Source: Octopus sinensis | Lineage: Eukaryota | Length of the DNA: 64,000 nt | Assembly: GCF_006345805.1 (NCBI RefSeq) | Contig: NC_042997.1 | Coordinates: 167,586,001-167,650,000, forward strand | Direction of reading: 5' to 3' | Part shown: in pieces, positions 1-11,394 of the stretch | Numbering within the stretch: the stretch's first letter is position 1 | Layout: each line of letters starts with the position of its first letter | Position numbers and translations under genes: made by a program | Notes under the pieces: generated by a model | Database searches by the model: none | Told to the model about the DNA's origin: nothing | Seen by the model: only the letters and a program-made list of their open reading frames with translations

Positions 1-480
1 TGACACTGGCACTAGTGAAGTTATTGATTAACTTGCATGGACACATTGAAACTCCGACGTCTGGCAGCTGACTTGGCAGACACCCATAAAATTATCAACC
101 ATCGTACAAACAATAACTCTGAGCACCTTTTCAAACTCCACCCATCTAACACCCATGGACATATTTACAAAGTAAGAAAACAGCACAGCTCCCATGACTT
201 CAGGAAACATTTTTTCACGCTGAGGGTTGCTGAAGCATGGAACAAACTGCCGGCATCAGTTGTTAGTTGTCGGAGCACTGCATCCTTCAAAACTTCCATG
301 CTTCCTGAGATTCGCCAACACTACACTTGATTTTCTCCCCTCCATACACACACAAGCATGTATCTGACTCATACATTGTTCGCTTTCCAGACATTTCTAC
401 ATTACTGCATGTACTTTATATGCACTTTCTGACAAGTTGTGGTGCACCTGAGCACTGTATACAATTAATTTCATTATTAT
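1..480 (+). mobile_element. 3' end of a CR1/L2-group LINE
   Basis: ORF 37-330 ends in RKHFFTLRVAEAWNKLPASVVSCRSTASFK, the typical post-RT C-terminus of CR1-group LINEs; followed by a short 3' UTR and an (ATT)n-like tail near 470-480. Confidence 0.8.
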
Positions 481-620
481 AAAGGAAAGAAGTAGAAAAG
501 GCGCTCTTCACTAAGTGGGAGTGTATTTGAAAGCGGAGGTGTTGAAGGCTAAAGTATGATAGAGGGACAAGCACAGATTTCTTACTATAGCAGAGATACT
601 TAGCTACACTGGTTTATATG

Positions 621-826
621 AGGGTGTGTAAGAGTAACTGAAAGGAAGGTAAAGCTGAGGGTGACAGAATGTATTCCTGTGATACAAGGTGAGAGTATGG
701 GAAAATACAGACAGTGGATCAAGAGGAGGGAAAGTGTGGATCATCTCATAAGAGATTGAGAGGAGAGTGACATGATTATCAGGGTGTGTAAGAGTAACTG
801 AAAGGAAGGTAAAGCCGATGGTGACA
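621..826. repeat. Pair of 46-bp direct repeats, 160-bp period
   Basis: agggtgtgtaagagtaactgaaaggaaggtaaagc(t/c)ga(g/t)ggtgaca at 621-666 and 781-826. Confidence 0.85.
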
Positions 827-1289
827 CCACATAGAAAAGTTTTGTGTTGAAAATATGTGGATAAAAATAATAAAAAGTGGAAGAGAAATGCCTTCTTTTC
901 ATATAGTTTAATATCTTTTTATAAATATATACATATTATATGGATGTAGTGAAATCCAAACGGTTTTTGTTATTTAAATTAGTTTTTCAAGGGACATTGT
1001 ACAGTAATTAGTTCTCGTAACAGAGGGGTCTTGTCATTTTGGATGTTTGAAGAAGAAGAATGAGTCAAGGGAGTGAACCAAGGGAAGCAACAGGTGGCAA
1101 GGGGGACAACTGGCTCTGTAGTATAATTTTTTAAATGGTCAAATTTGTATATTGAGGTGTAGTCTGTACTTTTGAATGAACGCCTTGTTTAGGCATTCTT
1201 CTACTGAGATTAAATCTTTGCATGAGTATAATGGGAAGATATGAAAATTCGACATTTTATTATTTGCGCATTTGTTGATATGTCCGCTC

Positions 1290-1340
1290 AGTGCTATGTG
1301 CCTGTACTGAGGGAAAACCTCAGTACAGGCAGATAGCACT
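1290..1340. other. Compact hairpin, 23-bp stem and 5-nt loop
   Basis: agtgctatgtgcctgtactgagg-gaaaa-cctcagtacaggcagatagcact; arms are reverse complements with one mismatch. Confidence 0.9.
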
Positions 1341-1545
1341 CTTTTACTCTTGTTTCAGTCATTTGGCTGTGGCCATGCTGGAGCACCGCCTTTAGTCGAG
1401 CAAATCAACCCCAGGACTTATTCTTTGTAAGCCTAGTACTTATTCTATTGGTTTCTTTTGCCGAACCGCTAAGTTACGTGAATGTAAACATATCCGCATC
1501 GGTTGTCAAGCGATGTTGGGGGGACAAACACAGACACACAAACAT

Positions 1546-1578
<33 letters not shown>

Positions 1579-1733
1579 ACGGGCTTCTTTCAGTTTCCGT
1601 CTACCAAATCTACGCACAAGGCTTTGGTCGGCCCGAGGCTATAGTAGAAGACAATTGCCCAAGGTGCCACGCAGTGGGACTGAACACGGAACCATGTGGT
1701 TGATAAGCAAGCTACTTACCACACAGCCACTCT
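1341..1733 (-). mobile_element. tRNA-derived SINE, type A
   Basis: Minus strand begins gagtggctgtgtggtaagtagcttgc...gttcagtcccactgc (pol III A/B-box-like head), has an internal (TA/CA)n tract, and is near-identical to many copies in the window. Confidence 0.85.
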
Positions 1734-1921
1734 TATATATATATATTATACACACACATGCACATGTGATGGACTTCTTTCAATTTCTATGTGCTTAATC
1801 TACTCACAAGGCTTTGGTTGACCCAAGGCTATAGTAGAAGACACTTGCCCAAGGAGCCAGGTAGTTAGGAAGCAAACTTCTTATCATATAGCCACACCTT
1901 ATGTATGCTTATATGCACATA

Positions 1922-2284
1922 TCTCTTATATAAAATCCATTCTCACTGTCTGTGTGTTTGTGTGGCTTCTAGGATCTCGGGCATCCTCTATCCGATTGCA
2001 CTCAAATTTGATATATAGATACCTACGGTATCAGGGTGTGTATAAGTCTTGAAAAAATTACAAAAATCGATTCCAGGTGAGAATGCAGCCGATAAAGCCG
2101 TGGGAAATCGTTTTTCTTTGGAATAAAAAAAAAAGTCTACCTTTATTTCTTCTTTTGCTGGTGTCTCAAATTAAGGTTAAATCAGTGTTTCTCAAATGGG
2201 ACGGTCAGACAAGTTGTTTTGAGGAAATTTGGTTTAAATGTTTGACAATTCAGCACCATCCATTGGACGGGGGGCTTTTGCTCA
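1922..2284 (+). mobile_element. Probable non-autonomous Helitron (decayed)
   Basis: 5' A|TCTCTTATATAAAA start; subterminal hairpin ccatcc-att-ggacgg about 10 nt before a CTAG-like end (ctca-t). Confidence 0.55.
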
Positions 2285-2326
2285 TATACATATATAAATT
2301 AAATATATATAACTAATCAAGCATAA

Positions 2327-2433
2327 AATCTTCATAAGATTTTATCAAGTAGCCAGTATGTAATAAAGCCTGTAAGTTTATTACATATAGGATTTAATAC
2401 ATGCTGGCTACTTGATAAAATCTTATAAAGATT
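2327..2433. repeat. Foldback palindrome
   Basis: 48-bp arms (2327-2374 / 2386-2433), 43/48 complementary, 11-nt loop. Confidence 0.85.
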
Positions 2434-2538
2434 CTTTCCTTGGCTATATATAAATATAAATTATTCTGACCAATATATTCACTCCGATGTTATTTTATAC
2501 ACACATGGTTGTGGTGAATGAATTAGATTTTGCTTGTA

Positions 2539-2764
2539 TTGGGTTGGTGCATAATTATTGCTGTTTTGTTCAAAAAATTTTATTCAACAAAACCAATAAC
2601 AATATTTAACAAAAACACCTTTGAATGATGGTCTGACTCTCTGCCAAGCAAATGAGAAGTAGATGGTGAATATGCTCCAGAATAATCATTTAAAGATGTT
2701 TTTGTTACATGTTATTGTTTTTGTTGAATAAAATTTGTTGAAAAAATAATTATGCCCAACCTAA
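2539..2764. mobile_element. Mariner-family MITE
   Basis: Ends ttgggttggtgcataattatt / aataattatgcccaacctaa (Hsmar1/MADE-like TIR), inverted homology extending about 70 bp, flanking TA dinucleotides. Confidence 0.8.
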
Positions 2765-2835
2765 TATATAAATATAAATGTGAGCATTTTTATATATGCT
2801 TGTGGATTTGTGCTATTTGTATGAGTATGTATAAA

Positions 2836-3330
2836 TCATCATCATCGTTTAACGTCTGTTTTCCATGCTAGCATGGGTTGGACTGTTCAACCAGGGTCTG
2901 GGAAGCCAGGAAGCTGCATCAGGTTCCAGTCTGATCTGGCAGTGTTTCTACAGCTGGATGCCCTTCCTAACGCCAACCACTCCGTGAGTATAGTGGGTGC
3001 TTTTTACGGGCCACGGGCACAAGTGCCAGGGGAGGCTGGCAATGGCCACGATCGGTTGGTGCTTTTTATGGGCCACCGGCACAGAAGCCAGTCAAGGCGG
3101 CGCTGGCATCAGCCACATTCGGATGGTGCTTTTTACGTGCCACCGGCACAGGTATCACAACTACAATATCCATTTGATTTTTTGATGTTGATGTACTTGA
3201 CTCAATAGGTCTCCTCAAGCACAGCAGGTTGCCCTATGATCCAAGGTAAGAACAGCAGGCCATCCTGTGATCCAAGGTACTTTGGATCGGCTGGGGCTTC
3301 TATGTGAAGCTGGTGCAGGAAACAGCCATG
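2836..3330 (-). mobile_element. 5'-truncated RTE LINE 3' UTR copy
   Basis: Reverse complement of the 3' UTR and (GAT)n tail seen on the RTE copies at 54.1-54.46 kb. Confidence 0.75.
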
Positions 3331-3904
3331 ATGCATGAACAATGTGCTATACTATACTGATGACAGTAAAGGGATTTACATCTCTAAACTAGAAATCAAT
3401 CTAAGGTTAAACTTTTTTTTTAAATCTTCGTTGTTCACTTCCTTCACTTTCAACCCATGCTAATGAGGTAAATAATATTGTTCTTAGAGGTATTTTGCAT
3501 CTATTTCTAGCATGTGGCGCTACTCATTAGTGCCCTTATTATGATTCTATTTATATAATTATATATTTTGTATACACACACACACAGATACACATATGCA
3601 TACATGTGCCTATACATGTGTGCGTTACATGTTCCAGGGGAAAAATTCACACGAAAGAGATAATGGCTTCTAGGGATGATATTTTTATAGGTATTAAGTC
3701 TTCTTTGTGACACTATGACAGTATATATATATATATATATATATATTTTTTTAAACTAAGCTGTTTCATATTTCTTTTGTTTTGTGCTCTAGAATTTGTA
3801 GTCTGCCTAACTCGTTTTTGTTTGCTTGAGTTAGTTCTGCAGCTAACCTTAACAAAAACCAGTTTGAATTAATCATTAATTCCCCATTGAATTCTTGAAC
3901 CATT

Positions 3905-4253
3905 GTTGTATTATTATTATTATTATTATTATTATTCTATGTTTGACTTTTGCTTTATATTTGTACAAGTTGGCTCCAAGTCTCACCCAGAGACCTCAAG
4001 AGACAACAGGGTTGGAAGTTCATGTTGTTGTTATGCCTAGTGTGCCCTATATTTGGGGGGTGGGGATGTTGTACTAATGAATGTCTAAAAAAAAAAAGTT
4101 TTTTTTTTTTTTTTTTTCAAACCGAAAATTATGTTTGTTTTAAACCTTGAGATTACATAGAGAGTATTTTGCGTAGGATATGAGCAGTTCCCATGAGCAC
4201 TATCTTTTGAACTTCTGCCATTTTTGGGTTTCCTGGTATCTGAGTTAGGTAGC

Positions 4254-4316
<63 letters not shown>

Positions 4317-4335
4317 CATTATTATTATTATTATT
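3905..4335 (-). mobile_element. 3' end of an R4/Dong-clade LINE between (ATT)n tracts
   Basis: Minus-strand peptide YLTQIPGNPKMAEVQKIVLMGTAHILRKILSM* matches the R4-clade C-terminal motif (QKxVLxGTAxIxRK); ATT tracts on both sides; second copy at 54478-54690. Confidence 0.75.
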
Positions 4336-4740
4336 CATTGACTTGAAAATTGTCATTCCTAGATGCACTTCTTAACAAAATTTGACCCAAATCTGCTTGA
4401 CACAAATTTCAGTATGTCTTTCATTTCTTTATTCAACAGATATTATTCTTGTAAAGTGTTTACAAACTTATTGAGTTAAATGAAGGATTAATCTTTAGCA
4501 TCAAAACTACCCATATCTAGCCCAAATATTCTGTTCCGTGTTCAAACTGCCCAAATCCAACCTCTCCCACCTACGCAACAATTTCATTTTAAAAATAAAC
4601 CAACATATCATTGAAATCTTGAAGCTTCAAGATGATGCATGATTAATTCAAAACAATGTGAATAAATAAGCATTACATTAAGGGCATGACTATCTTGGAA
4701 TGTTGTTGTATTTTGTTTATATACTGTGTTATTCTGTATT

Positions 4741-5084
4741 ATTGTGAAGGCGCATGGCTCAGTGGTTAGAGTGTTGAGCTTACGATTGTGAAGTTGTGAG
4801 TTCGAATCCTGGACTGGGCTATGTGTTGTGTTCTTGAGCAAGACACTTTATTTCACATTGCTCCTGTTCACTCAGCTGTAGAAATGAGTTGCGATGTCAC
4901 TGGTGCCAAACTGTATCGGCTTTTATCTTTCTCTTGGATAACCCTGGTGCGTGGAGAAGGGAGGCCTGTATGCATGGGCGGCTGCTGGTCTTCCATAAAA
5001 CAACCTTGCCTGGACTTGTGCCTGGGAGGGTAACTTTCTAGGTGCAATCCCATGGTCTGTGTCATGACCGAAAGGGGTCTCAGA
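4741..5084 (+). mobile_element. tRNA-derived SINE, type C, with 10-bp TSD
   Basis: A box tggctcagtgg and B box gagttcgaatcc; attctgtatt duplicated at 4731-4740 and 5085-5094. Confidence 0.8.
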
Positions 5085-5336
5085 ATTCTGTATTGTAATA
5101 TCATCATTATCATTTTAACATCCATTTTCCCATTCTTGCTTGGGTCACATGGAATTTATTGGGCAGATTTTCTATTGCTGGGTGCCCTTCCTGTTAACAA
5201 GCAAAGTATTATATCCCTCTGACCAGACATGTTTTCAGAAAATATTGGAATTGAATTGACATTCATTTACAAGAATTATGCAATGTTAAGACAGAGACAC
5301 AACTATAAACTCATTTGCACACACACACATGCATAT

Positions 5337-5640
5337 GTACAAGGTGCATTCCAAAAGTAATGAGATGTTTTCAGGAGAGGCATTTATTAATGTCAAAAAA
5401 GTACAAAACTCTAATCTCCTTTAAAGTAGAATTCTCTGACTTCAAAACCTCCACAAAGTACTTTTTGTTAATCATGTGGTCAGAAGGAATCCAGTGGGTG
5501 TTAATGATACACTTACTGTTTAAAAAAAGGGATCATCATGAGCTTCTCAGTGGACTTTCTTTGCCCAGCCTCTTGTGCCAGCGAAAAAAAACAGATGCTT
5601 GGCTTATAAGCACTTTGTAATAGTTCATAATTTTTTGTTG
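5337..5640 (-). mobile_element. Mariner transposon remnant
   Basis: TIR-like tacaaggtgcattccaaaagtaatgaga; minus-strand peptide HWIPSDHMINKKYFVEVLK resembles mariner transposase (GQTVNKEYYxEVL). Confidence 0.6.
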
Positions 5641-5894
5641 TATTTTTGTCCAGTTTAACACAAAACTTTATTGCATAATGAGTTTCTTAATTGTCTTCAC
5701 AGTCTGACTGTTTTCTGCAAATTAGACGTCTATGACAAGCAGTGTTCAAAGTGCTGTTACAGCCGTCTCTTTCAATCTGTAATAACAAAAGCTGATGGGT
5801 CAGATTATTAGATATATATAGTAATGACACACTAAACTTACAATAATCTTGGACAATTGTAACAGCCTAAAAAAGTATCAAAACTTCTGGAATG

Positions 5895-5933
<39 letters not shown>

Positions 5934-6526
5934 GAGAGGCTTCTTTCAGTTTCTGCCCACTAAATCCGCTAGCAAGACTGGTTGACCTGGGCTATTGTGG
6001 AAGACACTTGTCCACAGTGCCATACCTGAAAGCAAGTAGTTGGGAAGCAAATTTCTTAACCTTACAGCCACTCCTGCAACTATCATATGTACTTGTTTTT
6101 CTCTATTCACCCTTTAGTGTCATTCTAACCGTGACTCATCTTGTTAGTTTTTTTCTTATCATGGTCTATATTGTCTAATGTGTGCTTTGTATTTTTTATT
6201 AGGCAGTAATATTTGATTTGGGTAATATTTGGCTGCCATTTCTAACAGTTCAACCAACAACATAAAGTAGTGGTTCTCAAAATGACAAATACCAGGCTGC
6301 CACCCACAAAACTATTAGTGAAATTTTTAGCCACACCTTTCTGTGCTTTGTTAAGATAACAATATGAGGTGCTTTCCAAAGGTATCTGACTTTATTTTTC
6401 CTGCCAAAGCTAAAGCTGTGTGGGCAAAGTCCTTTGGGTGAGAGATGATGTCACTTATTCTCTACATGCATGAAAACTTTCATGCTGGTAGGCAGCATCA
6501 GTTCCTGGCTGTTATGACAAAATGAT

Positions 6527-6626
6527 NNNNNNNNNNNNNNNNNNNNNNNNNNNNNNNNNNNNNNNNNNNNNNNNNNNNNNNNNNNNNNNNNNNNNNNNNN
6601 NNNNNNNNNNNNNNNNNNNNNNNNNN
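6527..6626. other. Assembly gap (100 N)
   Basis: Run of exactly 100 N between a mariner-like end (about 6364 onward) and an RTE 3' tail. Confidence 1.
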
Positions 6627-6812
6627 ATGGCACGTAAAAAAAAGCACCCACTATACTCTCGGAATGCTTGGCGTTAGGAAGGGCATCCAGCTGTAGAAAC
6701 TCTGCCAGATCAAGATTGGAGCCTGGTGCAGCTATCTGGTTCGCCAGCCCTCAGTCAAATCGTCCAACCCCTGCTAGCATGGAAAGCAGACACATAAACG
6801 ATGATGATGATG

Positions 6813-6815
<3 letters not shown>
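6627..6815 (+). mobile_element. RTE LINE 3' tail
   Basis: tggcacgtaaaaaaagcacccactat...gcatggaaagcagacacataaacgatgatgatg. Confidence 0.8.
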
Positions 6816-6849
<34 letters not shown>

Positions 6850-6857
<8 letters not shown>

Positions 6858-7397
6858 AAAAGAACATTAGTTATCGAACAAACATTAAATTTGGGCCACG
6901 ACTTTATAATGCAACAACACCACTCCCTAACATTTAATCATATATAAAAATCACCATGGTTCCCAAACACATAAAAATAATACATATACATAAAATCACA
7001 CAAAGTAAAAATATATAATCGAATAAAATACAAATAAAACGGCCTATCAAAAATGTTAAATATAAACGGCTAAAAATTCAAAAACCACCGAAAAACCTAA
7101 TAGACATATATAAAATAAGTAAAGGTAAAAATAAAATAAAATAAATAGATGTCCACTGACTAAAAAAGTTTTAACAGACGATTAAAATATTTTAAAAATT
7201 GTTTTTTTTTAAATATTTGAGAAAATATTTGAAAAAAGTGTTTTACTTCCTTCATACAAGTACATCCAAAGTTCATAAGTAAACAGACTTCCACAGGTCG
7301 AATTCACATAAATCTTGGAAAAAGTCTTTTACTCCCCTCACACAAGTATGTCCAAAAGTTCATAATAAGCAGACTTCACAGGTCAAATTCAACATTC
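6850..7397. repeat. Unclassified A-rich element between (TA)n tracts, with an internal tandem duplication
   Basis: Strongly strand-asymmetric composition; approximately 7234-7308 and 7320-7397 are diverged duplicates. Confidence 0.4.
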
Positions 7398-7412
7398 ATA
7401 TATATATATATT

Positions 7413-7492
7413 TATGGCCCTTTTCGGGAGCTTACCACCGCAGTTTATTTATGCTAAATTGCATCACGGCGATTAACCCTCATCAGGAGAAA
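7413..7492 (-). ncRNA. Hammerhead-ribozyme-like motif (Penelope-type), truncated at the cleavage site
   Basis: Minus strand: tttctc CTGATGA ggg...extended stem II...ccc GAAA agggcc ATA, then a TA microsatellite; stem III imperfect and the 3' strand of stem I absent. Confidence 0.45.
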
Positions 7493-7619
7493 CAGGAAAC
7501 AGGAGACATGCAAAGATCAAAATTTTTTATGGAAAGTTTATATAACTTAAAAGAACAACCCTTCAGCAGACCAGTCCAAGTTTACAAAAACTGTCTATTG
7601 CTAATTATTATTCTCTTGT

Positions 7620-7647
7620 TGTATATATACATATTATATACATATAA

Positions 7648-7705
<58 letters not shown>

Positions 7706-7741
7706 ATATACACATACCTATATATATATATATATATATAG

Positions 7742-7774
<33 letters not shown>

Positions 7775-8144
7775 CATACATATATACACATACATATGTA
7801 TATATATATATATATACACATATATATATATACATATATATACATATAACACATACATATTATATATATATATATATATATAAATACATACACACACACA
7901 TATATATATACACATTTACATATATGCACATATAAACACATACATATATACATATATACATATACACATACGTATATATATAAACACATACATGTATACA
8001 TATATATATACATATACACATATGTTATATATATATACATATATACATACATATATATACACATATATACATATACACATATTTATGTGTGTATGTACGT
8101 ATATGTATATATATATGTATGTAAATACATACATATATATATAT

Positions 8145-8176
<32 letters not shown>

Positions 8177-8200
8177 AATATGTATGTGTAATATAATATA

Positions 8201-8240
<40 letters not shown>

Positions 8241-8250
8241 TACATATATT
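7620..8250. repeat. Compound (TA)n/(TACA)n microsatellite
   Basis: Direct inspection; source of the YIYI pseudo-ORFs. Confidence 0.95.
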
Positions 8251-8261
8251 ATTGTCAGCAT

Positions 8262-8670
8262 CATCTTTTGAATGACCACTTTTCATGCTCGCATGTGTCA
8301 CATGAAATTTGTTGACTCTGATTTCCTTTGGCTGCATTCCCTTCCTGTTGCCATCTCTCACCTGTTTTTAAGCTAAGTAATATTTTCCCAGGCCAGATAT
8401 GTTTTGCATTGAAGACTGGAAATAAACAACACCGTTGTTAGCTGGTGATACTCATACACAATCATCACATAATGTCTAGACAAAAGTACACAAAAACACA
8501 CTCACATGCATATATACATATGCATATATATATAAAAGAAGCTTTTTTCCGTTTCTCTTTACCAAATCCACTTACAATGCTTTGGTCAACCTGGGTTTTG
8601 TCCAAGGTGTCACACAATGAGACTAAACCCAAGACCACAGAATAGGGATACAAGCTTTCCCCTTCATGGC
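8262..8670 (-). mobile_element. SINE type D (type A head plus RTE-like tail), decayed
   Basis: Same layout as 12081-12464, 23318-23727 and 63600-64000. Confidence 0.6.
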
Positions 8671-9929
8671 CATGCCTGCAGGTGGATAGATGAATGAATC
8701 TATTCTTTCACTCATACTGAGAGAGAGAGAGAAAGAGTTAGTGAGAATCCAGAATTTAATGGGCTTTATCAACTTCAAATAGATGAAAGGTAAAGTTAGT
8801 CTTCAAGGTGTTTGAAACTAAAATGCAAGACTTGTAACTCACTACATGCTTTGTAATTGACATGCTAAAGCTTGTTTCTGTTACTTCATGCCTAGAAATG
8901 TCTGAAGGGAAGAAGCACATGACTTCTATATTGCTCCCACCAGGCAATGCAATGAGTACCTAAGAGAACAGGATTTTGCTCTGTGACTTGCGAACACCAC
9001 AAGCTGTCTAGCCTGATAGGAACTCATCAGAATGCTGGATTGAATAGAAAGTAAATTCATTGTTGGCATTCTGGAAATCGAATGGCGCTGAAGCAATTAG
9101 CAACTGCCTGCTTAAGCAAGCTTCAATGACCAACATAATCAAAAGCAGTGATGGTATATGAAAGAATCAGTGAAATGTGTGTGTGTGCTTGTATAATATC
9201 TATTAAAAGATGAGTCTGTATGATTCGCTACTCAAAGTTTTTGTGTAATTGTAAATCACACTATCATATTGTGTGTATGTGTGTGTGTTGTCCATTTGTT
9301 TAATTAATGTCTATTTTTGTAATCTTGTATGGCTTGGATGGTATTGATTTTGAGGCAGGATTTTAGAGCAGGAAGCTTTTCTTTTTGACAATCCTTACCT
9401 GTTTTACAGGCAAGTGATTTCTATATTTCACAGGTCTTTGAAAGCACTGAGCAACTGGTCATAATACCAGCAAAGATAGTCGACATTAGTACCTCTTTGT
9501 TCAAACAATGACCAGCAAATATCAACATTTATGTGCTTTTGTGTGCTTCTTTACCGAGCAAGCTTGGTAGGATTGCCAATTTTGTTGCTGGTAGTCCAAC
9601 CGTGTGACAGTTTGTACTGAGTTACATGTTACCAGTAGCACTAAGAATGACCTGACACTTTTTGTAGGCAAATGTATACATTGCTCAGAGTGGGATTAGA
9701 CCTGTAAAGGGCCTTTCCTCACTTTAAAAAGCTTCAAACCCAGACACTGCTGGACTTATAACATTTTTAAACATCTCTATTATATGTTGCATAATATGGT
9801 TGGCCATGGAAAATTATGATAATTTACAGACTAATGGCAATAATGGCTTTGGAACCGATAGTAAAAGGGTTTCGACTTGGCTGGTGTCCTTGGGCACTAC
9901 AACCTGGGCTTAGCTGTCATCTTATCCTT

Positions 9930-10320
9930 GTAACAATGTTCAGATCTTTGCACCTTCTTAAATTATGAGTCCTGTGCAACACTCCCCAAAAGAAGAGCAG
10001 CACTTGTAGCAAAGGAGCTACAGTGATATAACTTGGATTAAATGGCTTTGTCTGAAACAATATTCTCTGAAGAGGGTCACTTCATAAAACAGTTTGATGG
10101 CTATTTGTTTTATTGGAGTGGGAGAGCAGGTGATGGTGTAGTATTTGAGGTAAAGAATTTCACATTTTCTGAGTTGAAAGAGTCTCCATGTGGATTTACT
10201 GATTGCCTATTGTCAAACAACAGAAGTGATACCCTAGTGAGTGTCTACAGTTGAACTTGTGTGCAAGATGCCTTGATTTGATAAAATTATGATACTCTAT
10301 GCTAGAGTTGGCAAGGATTA
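9930..10320 (+). mobile_element. Decayed RTE (BovB-like) APE endonuclease fragment
   Basis: RAALVAKEL..MALSETIFSEEGHFIKQFDGYLFYWSGR..GVVFEVK resembles the RTE endonuclease N-terminus; contains stops and frameshifts. Confidence 0.7.
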
Positions 10321-10420
10321 CCAAACCTGGGATTTAATTAGAAAACAAAGTCAGAAAGTGTATATACGAGTGTGTATGTGTGTGTGTGCGCACGTGTGTT
10401 CTTGCTTGTGTTTCTGTGTA

Positions 10421-10793
10421 TTTACTCTCTTTCACTTGTTTCAGTCATTTGACTGTGGCCATGCTGGAGCACTGCCTTTAGTTGAGCAAATCGACCCCCA
10501 GAACTTTGTAAGCCTAGCGCTTAATCTATTGGTCTCTTTTGCCGAACTGCTAAGTTACAGGGACATAAACACACCACCATCGGTTGTTAAGCGATGCTGG
10601 GGGGGACAAACATATACACACACATACATATATATACGACAGGCTTCTTTCAGTTTCCGTCTACCAAATCCACTCACAAGGCTTTGGTCGGCCCGAGGCT
10701 ATAGTAGAAGACACTTGCCCCAGGTGCCATGCAGTGGGAATGAACCTGGAACCATGTGGTTGGTAAGCAAGCTACTTACCACACAACCACTCC
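10421..10793 (-). mobile_element. SINE type A
   Basis: Near-identical to 1341-1733. Confidence 0.85.
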
Positions 10794-11394
10794 AGTGCAT
10801 ATTTGTTTAATTTGCTCTTCCAAAACTTATGGGCTGCAATCATTTATGATGATGTCATTTTCCACCAAACTATATGCAGGTGTTGTGCTTTAAAAGACAT
10901 TTTGAAGAAATAATCCCTTGCTTGAAAAACAGGTAAGGGGCTGTGACAGGAAAGTCATCCAGCTGTAAAACAGTAACTCAGTTATATATTAGCCTAACCC
11001 ATACTCACATGGAAAAATGGACATAAAAATAAACAATGACACACACACACACACCCAGAGTCTCTGTTAATCCTAATTAATTTATTTATTCTTTTGTTTT
11101 TATCCCTTTTGGTCTGTATCCACATCATTTTGTGTTCTTGAAGACTATGTGATTCTTAGTTTCCTCCTGTTCTTGATAACCCATTATATTCTTCTTCAGT
11201 TTTCTTTAATGCCTATAGTTGTATCTCAACCTGGACTGACCTTAATTTATTAAATTGCATAGCTCCTTATACTCACATCACTCATTTATGAACAGTTTTC
11301 AACCCCAATTCTCATATTCAAAACTCTGATGTATCTAGAAGCACTTTTGCTATTCTCATTGTATGTTAACTTACATGTGTGTGTGTGTGTGTAT

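Noticed and set aside
1448-1798. Recurrent ORFs such as SFSFRLPNPLTRLWSARGYSRRHLP and YDRLLSVSVYQIHSQGFG
   Set aside because: They are frames of the type A SINE, repeated wherever the SINE occurs, with variable stops
4745-4825. tRNA-like sequences (also about 44000-44076, 49333-49410, 46400-46482)
   Set aside because: A/B boxes are present but there is no closed acceptor stem, and each continues into a SINE body; some have TSDs
7451-8361. Many overlapping ORFs rich in Y/I/C/V/M (also 44950-45284, 18920-19189, 50907-51183)
   Set aside because: They are translations of (TA)n, (TACA)n and (TAGA)n microsatellites
9400-9660. Exon-like segment with AG and GTAAG boundaries
   Set aside because: All frames contain stops, and the GTAAG belongs to a decayed type D SINE tail
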